Below are positions 10,583 through 22,472 of a stretch of DNA of 64,000 bases, piece after piece. Within the stretch, counting starts at the first letter, position 1, and the number at the start of each line of letters is the position of its first letter. This stretch comes from an uncultured Chloroflexia bacterium (GTDB lineage: Bacteria; Chloroflexota; Anaerolineae; JAAYZQ01), in contig CAVOXA010000014.1 in the NCBI GenBank assembly GCA_963700285.1, forward strand, positions 480,001-544,000, read 5' to 3'. The notes below the pieces were generated by a model, which worked only from the letters and a program-made list of their open reading frames with translations, was not told where the DNA came from and searched no databases. The translations under genes and the position numbers were made by a program.

Positions 10583-11687
10583 ATGCACGATACAAACCTT
10601 GTCCCCGTTGACGTCATGTATCGCTTCATTACTGACGTCTTTGAGGCAGTGGGAACGCCGCCGGAGGATGCCCGAATCTGCGCCGAGGTTCTTATCGCCT
10701 CTGATCTACGGGGAATCGAGTCGCACGGTATAGGACGCCTCAAGTACTACTACGACCGCATCCAGGCTGGCCAACACCGCACGCAGACCGAGATTGAGGT
10801 CATCAAGGATACAGAGACCACGGCGGTTATGGATGGGCAGCATGGCATGGGCCATGTCATCGCCTACCGGGCCATGCGGCTGGCCATGGACAAAGGCCAA
10901 GGAGTATGGGCTGGGCGCGGTTGCTGTGCGCAACAGCACCCACTTTGGCATTGCCGGCTACTACCCTCTCATGGCAGCAAAAGAGGGCATGATTGGCCTT
11001 CGTGTCACCAATGCCCGGCCTTCCATCGCCCCCACTTTTGGCGCTGAACCGATGCTGGGCACCAACCCCATCGCCTTTGCCGCCCCCTCGGACATGGACT
11101 ATCCCTTTGCCTATGATGGCGCGACTTCGATTGCACAGCGAGGCAAGATCGAGGTCGCCGCTCGCGCCGAGAAGCCTGTGCCCGCGGGTTGGGTCATTGA
11201 CAACCAGGGCCAGTCGCTTACCGACCCAGACAAGATCCTAGAGGATTTTGGCAAGGCCCGGGCTGCACTTCTGCCCCTGGGCGGTGCGGGAGAGTTGCTT
11301 GCCGGATACAAGGGCTACAGCCTGGCTACCATCGTAGAGATCCTCTCCGCCTCTTTGTCTGGCGGCAAGTTCATGAAGGACCTGGTAGGTTTTGCCAACG
11401 ACGGCTCCAAGCAGCCATTCATGCTGGGGCACTTTTTTCTCGCCATTGACATCGAGCATTTCATTCCGCTGGAGCTATCAAAGCAGATCACGGGTCAGAT
11501 CATGCGCAACCTACAGACGGCCCAGAGAATTCCCGGCCAGGACCGGATCTATGTCGCCGGCGAAAAGGAACACGAGAATGAAGCACTGATCCGAGAGCAG
11601 GGGATTCCCGTGAACCGCAATCTGCGCCTCGAGCTACAGACCATGCGCGATGAACTGGGAATCTCGGGCTTTGAAGACTACTTCTAG
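10583..11687 (+). CDS. Ldh_2 family (malate/L-lactate/sulfolactate-type) oxidoreductase, one frameshift near 10895
   Basis: ASDLRGIESHG, RNSTHFG, GTNPIAFAAP, YKGYSL; AGGAGG RBS. Confidence 0.9.
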
Positions 11688-11804
11688 CTGGCTTCCTGGG
11701 CCCTGAGGCAATCACCACCAGTCCCAAGGAATGATGAGAAGATTAGGCTGGTGCAGAGTTTGTGGCCACAGACCTGCCGAGGCCATGCACCAAGGAGGAC
11801 AACT

Positions 11805-12095
11805 ATGGCGAGCTTGACCCATGACGAAGTAATGACGAAGCTGGGCTCCCTGCCAGGGTGGGAGCTCCAGGAGAATGCGCTGGTGAAGACCTTTAAGGTA
11901 CCATCGTTCTCCCATGGCGTTGTCCTGATGGGCGCCGTTGCCCAGGTGGCTGAGGCCGCCGACCATCACCCAGATCTCAATCTACACGGCTATAACCAAC
12001 TTACGGTCACGCTGTCGACGCACAGCGAGGGAGGGGTAACCATGCAGGACATCCACCTGGCTGAACAGATCGAGACCATCCCGCAGAGAATCTAG
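11805..12095 (+). CDS. Pterin-4-alpha-carbinolamine dehydratase
   Basis: AEAADHHPDL..VTLSTHSEGGVT motif. Confidence 0.9.
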   Translation: MASLTHDEVMTKLGSLPGWELQENALVKTFKVPSFSHGVVLMGAVAQVAEAADHHPDLNLHGYNQLTVTLSTHSEGGVTMQDIHLAEQIETIPQRI

Positions 12096-12097
12096 CC

Positions 12098-13319
12098 ATG
12101 GCCAACAATGGGAGCATGAACCGGGTGCCAAAGGTACGATTGGGATCCTGACAGGCGGAGGAGATGTCCCCGGACTTAACCCTGCAATCCGAGCCGTTAC
12201 GATTCGAGCGCGGAGAGAGGGCTACCGGGTCATTGGCCTGCGGCGTGGATGGGCCGGCATCATCGAGATCGTGCGCGACAAGGAGGCCGACAACTCGGAG
12301 AACTATGTTGAACTCACGGAAGAGATCGTGAACAGAGTCGTGAGGACCGGTGGCACCTTTCTGCGTACGTCAGCCGCACGCGACCCAGCCACGTGCCCAG
12401 GACAGGCGGTGCCTGAGCATCTGCGTGACACGTATGGCGACGAGATGAACGATCTGACGCCAGAGGTCCTCAAGAACCTACGACTTTCTGGGGATAGACT
12501 ACCTGATTCCTATTGGAGGCGACGACACACTGAGCTACGCCGTCCATCTTTACCAGGAGGGGGTCAAAGTCGTCGGCATCCCCAAGACCATGGACAACGA
12601 TGTTCCCGGGACCGACTATTGCATCGGCTTTAGTACCTGCGTTACGCGGACCATCGACATGATCGATATTCTGCGCACCATCGCCGCCTCCAGTGAGCGA
12701 TTTCCTCGTACTCGAGGTCTTTGGCCGCTACGCCGGCTTTTCGGCCATGCTGCCGACGATGGCCGGGGCAGCCAACCGCTGCGTGATTCCCGAGTACGAG
12801 TTCAGTTTGGACCTGCTGACTGAACTTCTGTGCCACGATCGGAGCAGAAATCCCAGACAACTATGCCACCGTGCTGGTCTCGGAAGGCGCCATGTGCGAA
12901 GGTGGCGAGATGATCTTTCAGGATCACGGCGACCGACGCCTACGGCCATGCCAAGTTGGGCGGCATCGGAGATCTCGTCTCCGCCAAGCTCAACGAGATC
13001 TCGCCAAAGTACAACGGCGGTAAGCCGGTCGGCACACTCACCCAGAGGCTGAGCTACCTGGTGCGCGGCGGCAACCCCGACGCCATCGACTCCATCGTGC
13101 CCATGGCCTACGGCAACCTGGCCCTCGATCTGGTACTGCAGGGAATCCATGGCCGCCTCGTGGTCCTCAGAAACGGGCGCTACGACAACGTGCCGATTGA
13201 CGTGGTGACGAGCTTCAAAAAAGCTGGTCGATGTGGAAAAGCACTATAACACCGAACGGCTACGACCACACTACAAAAAGTTCGCAATGCAGCCTTTGTT
13301 CATCATGACAGGTGACTAG
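12098..13319 (+). CDS. 6-phosphofructokinase (PfkA fold, PPi-type signature), multiple frameshifts
   Basis: Reconstructed [45 protein letters not shown]. Confidence 0.85.
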
Positions 13320-13320
13320 G

Positions 13321-14858
13321 ATGAGGATCGCTTTCCTGAATCCACAGGGCAACTTTGATCCCCATGACAGCTACTGGACCGAACATCCAGATTTTGGCGG
13401 ACAGCTCGTTTATGTCAAAGAGGTAGCCCTGGCGCTGGGCCGGATGGGCCACCAGGTGGACATCCTCACCCGTCGCATTCTAGACCCAGCGTGGCTTGGG
13501 CTTTGAGGGCACGCTGGACGCCTATCCAGGCGAGCCCAACGTGCGCATCGTACGCCTGCCCTGTGGCGGCGACGGTTTCCTGCGCAAAGAGGACCTGTGG
13601 CCCTGACCTGGGACCAGAGTGGGTACCCAACATCAGTGCACTTCTATTCATCCGAGGGGCAGCAGCCAGATGTCGCGACCACTCACTATGGCGACGGAGG
13701 CCTGGCCGGGGCTCTGTGGCAAGCTGATCGGCGGCCCGCCATACACCTTCACGGGGCATTCGCTGGGCGCCCAGAAGCTGGACCGTCTGCTGGCCAAACC
13801 AGGCAGCATCACTGAACAATCTGGACGCGCACTATCACTTTTCCCAGACGCATCACGGCCGAGCGGGTGGCCATGAATCACGCAGCGCGGATCATCACCA
13901 GTACGCAGACAGGAGCGACTGGAGCAGTACGGCCACGCGGCCTACCACGGCGCGGTGGACCCTGCCAGCGATGCCAAGTTCGCCGTCGTGCCTCCCGGGC
14001 GTCAACCTGAGCATCTTTGATGCCGGCGCTACTGGGACCCGATGACGAGCGGATCGCCGCGCTACATGGAGGAGGTGCTGGCCCGGGACATTGCGCTGGA
14101 CCGGCGCGACCTGCCGGCCGTGCTCTGCTCCAGCCGCCTGGATCCCAAAGAAGAACCACATCGGGCTGGTGCGCGCCTTTGCCCAGCAGCGCTAGCACTG
14201 CAGGCCGCGGCCAACTCTGCTCATCGTCGTCCGCGGCGCTGAGGACATCCACAGCCGCGAGGGACTGACTGCCACAGAGCGCGCCGTTCTGGACGAGGTG
14301 GTCGCCGTGTGCGAAGCCCACGACCTGTGGGGCAAGGTGAGCGCCTTCTCGCTGGCCAGCCAGAATGAGCTTGCCGCCGCCTACCGGCACCTGAGCGCTC
14401 GCCGCTCCGTCTTTGCGCTGACAGCCCTATACGAGCCCTTTGGCCTGGCCCCACTGGAGGCCATGGCTGCCGGGCTGCCCGCCGCAGTCACACGCAATGG
14501 TGGACCCAGCGAGAGCCTGTACGATGAGGAAACAGGTCGTGAGTTCGGGGTACTGGTCGATCCGGCCGATCCTGCGGACATTGCTACTGGGCTGCTGCGG
14601 CTGGTGGGACCGGAAAACGAGTGGGACTCATTCCAGAATGCTGGCCGGGAGCGTGTTCTCACCTGCTACACCTGGGACAGGACCGCAGCAGGGTACATGT
14701 CCGTTCTCGAAGACATCCTGATCGACCAGCCCGCGGTGAGGGTATCCTACAAGGAGCAGGGTCAACGACTGCCGATCCCGCCTTACTTTTGGGATCCCTG
14801 CTCCGAAATCGATCTGAAAACCGATTGCCTTGCCGCATTCAGGCCGACCGGGACATAG
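13321..14858 (+). CDS. Sucrose-phosphate synthase-like GT4 glycosyltransferase (no SPP domain), heavily frameshifted
   Basis: IAFLNPQGNFDP.DSYWTEHPDFGGQLVYVKEV, THYGDGG, FTGHSLGAQK, SRLDPKK, YEPFGLAPLEAMAAG; N-terminus matches my recollection of the Halothermothrix orenii SPS. Confidence 0.85.
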
Positions 14859-14871
14859 CTTCACAGCAAGG

Positions 14872-16987
14872 ATGTATCGCATGCCAGACTTGGTACTGCC
14901 ACGGGTCCATCGAGAGTTCGAGGACCTCTGGGAACGACAGAAAGAGTCGTTGATTGACGCCTATGCCACCGGCAGAAGCTCATTCGTGCCATACCTGCTG
15001 CCAGAACAGGCCGTGCAGCTGACGGCCACAGACACCATGGGGATCCTTCGCCGCAGGTTGGGGAACAAGCTAGACCTAGCTCTGCGATGCTCGGAAGCTG
15101 GCGATGGCACGCTGGGACGACAAGGATCTCTCGCGAGCCCTGTAGCCAGCGAAGCGGATAACGGATGGCTAAAGTCAAGCAATCTGGTAGGCATCAATGT
15201 CCGGACCGTTGGCAGCTTCTGGAACGTCGTGAAGTATGCTCTAACGATCTCGGACGCTCAGGATGCTATACACCTGCTTCCTATCTGGGAGCCTGGCGTG
15301 GTCGGTAGCCTATACGGGATGAGCAGTTGGCAGATCAACGACGAATTCTACAGCCAAGAGCTCGCCCAGGCGTGTCCGGAGCTGGATAGCGTCGAACGAC
15401 AATTGGAAGTAGCGATCAACCTGCTCCATGCGATGGGCAAAGCGGTCGGTATGGACGTGATCCCGCACACCGATCGCTTTTCAGAGATCGTGTTGGCCTC
15501 TCCGCAGTACTTTGAATGGCTGCAGCGGGAAAGCACCGAGATCGTGGACCATTCCGAGAATCTGCACGAACGGGTCCAGGACTGCATCATGCGCTTTCTG
15601 GCAGAAGAGGGCACTCCTGTTCCGAGGGAGGACTATCCCGCTTCCCGGGAGGCCTTTTTCTCCCAGGGTTTTTCCGAAGAGAAGCGCTGCGGCGTCCTTT
15701 TTGGACTGCGCCAAGACCGGGCAGGTCGCGCCGAACGCCGGAATCAATTGGTCAAGCACCTGCACGTCTTACGGGCTCTGAGACGGTACCGGCCACGATG
15801 GCACCGCCCTTCCGCAGACTGGGGATCGACACAGAGAGCGAATACGTTGATAGCCAGGGAAATGTGTGGTATGACTATTCGATCACAGAGCCCCAGCCCA
15901 TGTCCCGCGTCTTCAATCCCCTGACACGGTACAAGCTGTATGGCAGGCTGAAGGACAACACCGATTGGGACATCGATTTTGACAATCCCCGCCGTGAGGT
16001 GTGGCGCTACGTTCTAGAAAAGTACGCTGACGTTCAGCAGCGCTATGGTTTCGATTTCATGCGCGGTGATATGTCCCACGTCCAGATGCGACCGGACGGA
16101 GTTCCCAGAGCCATAGACGAATTCTATGACATCCAGAGAGCGGTAAAGATCCATATCCAGAGAGACAAGGGGGTCCGCCATTTCAGCTATTTTGCCGAAA
16201 CCTTCCTGGCCCCCCGAAATATCATGGTCTATGGCGATGAAGTCGACCACCTGGAAGCTTCAGATGCAGATACTACGCTGGGAGACCTTCAGTCGACGTG
16301 CGTCGGGTCTCCCGAGTTTCTCCAGAAACTCCGGCAATACTGTGATCTGCGGAAACGAGGAGTTTTGCGCCCAGCTTCACAGTCAACACCAGCGACAAGG
16401 ACGATCCCCGCTTTGACAGGTTCTACCTCCGGGGCAGTGTGCTGCGGTTGTTCATCGCCCTGTTTCTGACCGACATGCCCAGCTACATGGCCCTGGGCTT
16501 TGAGACGAGAGACATGCATCACAAGCCTGCCCCAAACGAGCACTATTCCAAGCTCTACGTTTTTCAGGAGAGCACCGGTCCCAAAGCTACTAGAGGGCCC
16601 TACGTCTGGGGCAGGAACGGCGCACTCTTTCGGGGTGTCAGCCGATTGAGGCACTACGCAGATGCCATCTACTCCCAGATCAGAGGATGCCCGACGCGAT
16701 GGCTGATCCATCCGGATGCCACAGGCGCACAGAAGCACATTGCCTGGACGCAGAGAGATCGCAGACCTGATTACGTCTTTGTGGCCAATACCGACACGGA
16801 GCACGACGTGCGCAATTTCAACATCCCGCGCATCCCTGACCTAGTACAGGAGAAGCTACTGGAACTTGACTTTTCAACGGCAGAACACGTGACAGAAGTG
16901 GATCGGATCCTGGAATATGAGGGCAAGGGCTACAAGGTCACAGAGTTGGCTGCCGGAGAAGGTCGCGTCTACCGAGTGCAGTATTAA
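14872..16987 (+). CDS. Divergent alpha-amylase-family (GH13-like) protein, two frameshifts
   Basis: DAIHLLPIW, MDVIPH (region I-like), FDFMRGDMSH (region II-like), YFAETF (region III-like), C-terminal beta domain. Confidence 0.7.
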
Positions 16988-17040
16988 ACCTTGACGGTAG
17001 CGGGCTAAAGCGGCGGCTCAGAAGCCGAGGGAGTGAGGCA

Positions 17041-18022
17041 GTGACTAGGATACCAGAAGGCGATCTGGACGTACTGACCATCGGTGAAACTCTGGTCGAC
17101 TTTATCTCTGTTGAGGAGACCGACTGGCTGCGCAACGCCTATACCTTCCGCAAGTACCAGGGAGGCTCACCGGCCAACATTGCGGTCTATGTGGCCAAGC
17201 TGGGCGGCCAATCGGCCATCATCTCCAAGACTGGCATCGGGGCCATGGGCCAGTTTCTCAAGGCCGAGCTGGGACGGGCTGGGGTGACGTGCGACTATCT
17301 GGTGATGGATCATCGGGTCCACAGCAGCGTCATCTTTGTGTCGCGCACGGCGCGTACCGCCGATTTTGAAGCCTTTCGGAGCGGCGACTTCCAACTGGAG
17401 CCGCAGGAGATCAAAGAAGAGGCAATCATGCGCGCTAAGAGTCGTCCACGCATCGACGTGGGCCCTGTCGCGGGAACCGTGCCGCTCGGCGGTCGAGAGC
17501 GCCTTCAGGCTGGCACAGAGTCAGGGCAAGATCATCTCTCTTGATCCCAACTACAGCCCGCAGATCTGGCCGGACTATCGCGAAGCGACGAACGTGATCC
17601 CCCGATTCTTACGCTACGCCACCATAACCAAACCCTCGCTGGACGATGCAGCCCGCCTGTTTGGGCGGGATCGATCGCCAGAAGAGTACATCGAGCGCTT
17701 TCACGAGATGGGCCCCAAGATCGTCGTTTTCACCATGGGCAGCGAAGGAGTGCTCCTCTCCGAGGAGGGCACTCTGATGCACATCCCTGCCAGACCAATC
17801 AAGGTAGTGGATGCCACGGGTGCTGGCGACTCTTTCTGGGCTGGATTCCTGGTGGCACTCCTCGACGGAAACCCACTGCAACGCTGTGTACTATTTGCTC
17901 GAGAGATCGTGGAACGGAAGCTCACTACGGTTGGCCCCTTACCCGACAGCCTAGACCGCAAGCGAATCTACGGTGTGCTTGATGAAGAACCGGGCCACTC
18001 AGCAGAGGATGCGCAGTCGTGA
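17041..18022 (+). CDS. PfkB family carbohydrate kinase (fructokinase-like), one frameshift
   Basis: GETLVDF, GGSPANIAV..AKLG, VDATGAGDSF. Confidence 0.92.
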
Positions 18023-18672
18023 TTGGCGACAAACTGATCATTGAGCAATACCATACCGAGCGGGCCGTCGAGATCTGCGACGTGTTGGCCGACCGCCTCA
18101 GAGCGCGGAGGAAGTGGGCCATCAGTGTCGCTGGCGAGTCAGGCGCAGGCAAGTCAGAACTCGCCTACGAGATCTACCGGCTTCTGAACGAGTCCGGCAT
18201 CAGGGCCGGCGTGCTGCAACAGGACGACTATTTTGTCTTTCCGCCCAGGACCAACCACGAGATGCGCCGTCGGAACCTGGAGCAGGTTGGCCCTATTCGA
18301 GGTCAAGCTCGACTTTCTCGACTCGAACCTGCGGTCCTTCAAGCGCGGGGAGAGCCCAATCTACAAACCTCTGGTCATCTATGACGAGGATCGCATCACA
18401 ACGGAGGAGATGGACGTCGGTGACCTGGCCGTGCTCATCGCCGAGGGAACCTACACCTCCCTGCTCCAGTTTGCCGACTTTCGGGTCTTTATCGACCGAG
18501 ACTATCGCCAGACACTTGAGGCTCGAAAACGCCGTGCCAGAGACAAATTCGAGCCTTTGTCGTGGATGTGCTGGAGCGCGAGCACCAGATCATCTGCCAA
18601 CACAAGGCATTGGCGGACGTGGTTGTCTCCTCCGATTTTCGCAGCATCAAGCCCCGAAGGGAAAGTCAATGA
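18019..18672 (+). CDS. Uridine kinase/PRK-like P-loop kinase, two frameshifts
   Basis: [22 protein letters not shown]; reconstructed stop overlaps the treS ATG (ATGA). Confidence 0.75.
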
Positions 18673-20297
18673 CAACTGATTGGTACAAAGACGCCGTTTT
18701 CTACGAAGTCTTTGTCCGTGCTTTTTCCGACGCCAATGGCGATGGCATTGGCGATCTGGCAGGCTTGACGTCCAAGCTCGACTACCTGCAGGATCTGGGC
18801 GTCGATTGCATCTGGCTGCTGCCCATCTATCCCTCTCCACTGCGGGATGACGGCTACGACGTGGCCGATTTTTGCAGGATCCATCCCGACTATGGCACCG
18901 TGGACGATTTGGGCACTCTAGTGATCGAAGCCCACCGGCGCGGGCTGCGGGTCATCGCCGACATGATCCCCAACCACACCTCGGACCAGAATCACTGGTT
19001 TCAGGCATCGCGCGATCCGGCCCATCCTGAGCACGACAAATACCGAGACTGGTACGTCTGGAGCCCCACCGACCAGCGCTACCAGGAGGCACGCATCATC
19101 TTTCTCGACTATGAAAAGTCCAACTGGACCTGGGATCCAGTTCGGGGTGAGTACTACTGGCACCGGTTCTTTCACCACCAGCCCGACCTGAATTATGACA
19201 ACCCTGCGGTCCAGCAGGAGATGCTGGACGTCTTCCGTTTCTGGCTGGACCAAGGGGTCGATGGCTTTCGCGTGGACGCCGTGCCCTACCTCTATGAGCG
19301 GGAAGGAACCAACTGCGAGAACCTGCCTGAAACCCACGTCTATCTGAAGCGGCTGCGCGCCTTTGTGGACGAGTATGCCCCGGGCACCCTGCTGCTTTCT
19401 GAAGCCAACCAGTGGCCGGAGGATGTGCGCCCCTATCTGGGGGATGGCGACGAGTTCCACATGAACTTTCATTTCCCCCTCATGCCGCGCGTTTACATGG
19501 CCCTGGCGCAAGCTGACCGGCGGCCTATCTTGGAGATTCTTGACCGCACCCCGCCCATTCCAGAGTCGTGCCAATGGGCCACATTTCTGCGCAATCACGA
19601 CGAACTGACGCTGGAGATGGTTACGGACGAGGAACGCCGGTTCATGTGGGACTTTTATGCGCCTGAGCCACGCATGCGGCTCAACCTGGGCATCCGCCGT
19701 CGGCTGGCCCCGCTGCTGGAGAACGACCGAGCCCGGATCGAGCTGGCCAACTCGCTGCTGTTCACCCTACCGGGATCGCCTGTCGTATACTACGGCGATG
19801 AGATCGGCATGGGGGACGATATCTGGTTAGACGACCGTGACGGCGTGCGCACGCCGATGCAATGGTCAGACTCGCTTAACGCAGGATTTTCGACCGCAGA
19901 TTCAGCCAGTCTCTACACGCCAGTCCTTGACGGTCCGATGTATGGCTATCAGCACGTCAACGTGGAATCCCAGCATACGGACCCTCGCTCCCTACTGAAC
20001 TGGATACGAAATACGATCGCCGTCCGCAAAACCCATCCGACCCTCAGTCGAGGCGGGGTTCGCTTCCTGGAACCGGCTGACCCTGCCATCTTGGCCTACC
20101 TGCGCAGCTACGAGGATGAGTCCATCCTGGTCGTCAGCAACCTATCTACAGATTTCCAAGTCACCATGCTGGAGCTTGGTGCACTGGCAGGCGTCCGGCC
20201 AGTCGACCTGTTCACCGGGGAGAGATTGCCGCCAATTGACGCAGCACCCTATCGATTGGAACTGGATGGCTACCAGTTTCGCTGGCTGAGGTGCTAG
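18669..20297 (+). CDS. treS: Trehalose synthase / maltose alpha-D-glucosyltransferase
   Basis: [49 protein letters not shown]. Confidence 0.96.
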   Translation: MTTDWYKDAVFYEVFVRAFSDANGDGIGDLAGLTSKLDYLQDLGVDCIWLLPIYPSPLRDDGYDVADFCRIHPDYGTVDDLGTLVIEAHRRGLRVIADMIPNHTSDQNHWFQASRDPAHPEHDKYRDWYVWSPTDQRYQEARIIFLDYEKSNWTWDPVRGEYYWHRFFHHQPDLNYDNPAVQQEMLDVFRFWLDQGVDGFRVDAVPYLYEREGTNCENLPETHVYLKRLRAFVDEYAPGTLLLSEANQWPEDVRPYLGDGDEFHMNFHFPLMPRVYMALAQADRRPILEILDRTPPIPESCQWATFLRNHDELTLEMVTDEERRFMWDFYAPEPRMRLNLGIRRRLAPLLENDRARIELANSLLFTLPGSPVVYYGDEIGMGDDIWLDDRDGVRTPMQWSDSLNAGFSTADSASLYTPVLDGPMYGYQHVNVESQHTDPRSLLNWIRNTIAVRKTHPTLSRGGVRFLEPADPAILAYLRSYEDESILVVSNLSTDFQVTMLELGALAGVRPVDLFTGERLPPIDAAPYRLELDGYQFRWLRC

Positions 20298-20389
20298 CCA
20301 GGATAGATAGCGCATAGGCCGGCAGCCTCTGATAACCGCTCCGCGCGGAACACAGCCCACGCGGGGTGTCAGGCCTCCACTACCAAAGT

Positions 20390-20447
20390 CTAACGAAACG
20401 CTAACATTCGTCTAATCCCATTCTAACACTATGCCTGTATCCTGTGG
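20390..20447 (+). promoter_or_regulatory. dnaK promoter with four 11-bp-periodic direct repeats and a -10-like box
   Basis: CTAAC/CTAAC/CTAAT/CTAAC at 20390, 20401, 20412, 20423, then TGTATCCTGTGG (20436-20447). Confidence 0.7.
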
Positions 20448-20498
20448 TCAAAGTTCGGAATTCAGGTCATTGAACACAGGATGGAGGGAATAGACAAC

Positions 20499-22417
20499 AT
20501 GGCAAAGGTAATTGGAATTGACTTGGGCACCACCAACAGTGTCGTGGCAGTGATGGAAGGCGGCGAGCCGACCGTCATCCCTACCGCCGAAGGTGGGCGG
20601 TTGTGCCCTTCGGTGGTAGCCTTTATCAAAGAACAACGAGCGACTGGTCGGACAGACGGCCCGGCGGCAGGCAGTCGTGAATCCGGACAATACCATCTCT
20701 TCGGTCAAGCGGCTGATGGGCCGGCGTTATGACGACGCCGGAGGTGACAAAGGCACGCGAGTTGCTGCCCTACAAGATCGTGCAGGGCAAGTCTGGCGAC
20801 GCTCGGGTACGCATCCCGCAGACGGGCAAGGAGTACACTCCCCAGGAGATCTCGGCCATGATCCTGCGCAAGCTGGCCGACGACGCCGAGGCATATCTGG
20901 GCGAGAAGGTAACCCAGGCGGTCATCACCGTACCCGCCTACTTTAACGACTCGCAGCGCCAGGCCACCAAGGATGCCGGGCGGATTGCCGGCCTGGAAGT
21001 ACTGCGCATCATCAACGAGCCGACGGCGGCCTCCCTGGCCTACGGCCTGGACAGAGAAGATGCCGAGACGATTCTGGTCTTTGACCTGGGTGGTGGCACC
21101 TTTGACGTCTCCATCCTGGAGGTTGGCGACGGTGTCGTGGAGGTCAAGTCCACCAGCGGCGACACCTTCCTGGGTGGCGACGACTGGGATCAGCGCATCG
21201 TGGACTGGGTGGCCGACGAATTCAAGAAAGACCAGGGGATCGACCTGCGGCAGGATCGCCAGGCGCTTCAGCGGCTCAAAGAAGCCGCCGAGAAGGCCAA
21301 GATCGAGCTCTCGACGGTGGTGGAGACCGAGATCAACCTGCCCTTCATCACGGCCGACGCCTCCGGACCCAAGCACCTGCAGATCAAGCTCACGCGGGCC
21401 AAGCTGGAGCAGACTGACCGAAGACCTGGTGGAACGCTGCCGGGCGCCCTTTGAGCAGGCGCTGAAGGATGCCAAGCTCAGCGACCAGCGATATCGACGA
21501 GGTCGTGCTGGTCGGCGGCGCCACCCGCATGCCCATGATCCAAGAGCTGGTGCGCAGCTCTGAGCAGCGGGAAGGAACCCCACAAGGGGGTCAACCCCGA
21601 CGAGGTTGTGGCCATCGGCGCCGCCATCCAGGCTGGCGTGCTGGCCGGCGAGGTGAAGGATGTGCTGCTCCTGGACGTGACGCCGCTGACGTTGGGCGTG
21701 GAGACACTGGGTGGGGTGATGACGCCGCTCATCGAGCGCAATACGACCATCCCGGTGCGCAAGAGCGAGATCTTTAGCACGGCCGAGGATGGCCAGACGG
21801 CTGTCACCATCCACGTGCTGCAGGGCGAGCGCACGATGGCTGCCGACAATATGACGCTGGGCCGGTTCAACCTGGAGGGCATTCCGCCCGCACCGCGCGG
21901 TATGCCCCAGGTCGAGGTCACCTTTGACATCGATGCCAACGGGATCCTGAACGTGGCGGCCCAGGACAAGGCGACGGGCAAGGAGCAAAAGATCACCATC
22001 ACGGCCAGCACCAACCTGAGCCAGACCGAGGTGGAGGAAAAGGTACAGGAGGCCAAGCGCCACGAAGCCGAAGATCGGCAGCGCAAAGAGCTGATCGAGG
22101 CACGCAACACCGCCGACCCGTTGATCTACCAGACCGAAAAGACGCTGCGTGAACTCGGCGACCAGGTGCCGGCCAGCAGACCGCTCCACCATCGAGCAGC
22201 ACCATCGAGGAACTGAAGCAGGCCAAGGATGGCGACGACATAGCGCGCATCAAGCAACTGACGGAGCAGCTGCAGCAAGCCAGCTATGCCATCGGGCAGC
22301 AGATGTATGCCCAGCAGCAGGCAACAGCCGATGGGGGCAACGGAGGCGGGACAGCCGCCCTACGGCGAGCAGGCAAGCGACGAGGAGTTCGTAGAGGGCG
22401 AATTCCAAGAGGTCTAG
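20499..22417 (+). CDS. dnaK: Chaperone DnaK (several frameshifts)
   Basis: [35 protein letters not shown], ends [11 protein letters not shown]. Confidence 0.95.
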
Positions 22418-22472
22418 CAAAAAGCGGCGGGCCCGGGCTTTCCCAGGTCCGCCACACAGGTGAACCTAAAGA

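Noticed and set aside
18114-18668. Apparent 185-aa N-terminal extension of TreS
   Set aside because: Region belongs to the frameshifted upstream kinase; TreS homology starts at ATG 18669
20300-20498. HspR HAIR or CIRCE operator before dnaK
   Set aside because: Neither CTTGAGT-N7-ACTCAAG nor TTAGCACTC-N9-GAGTGCTAA is present
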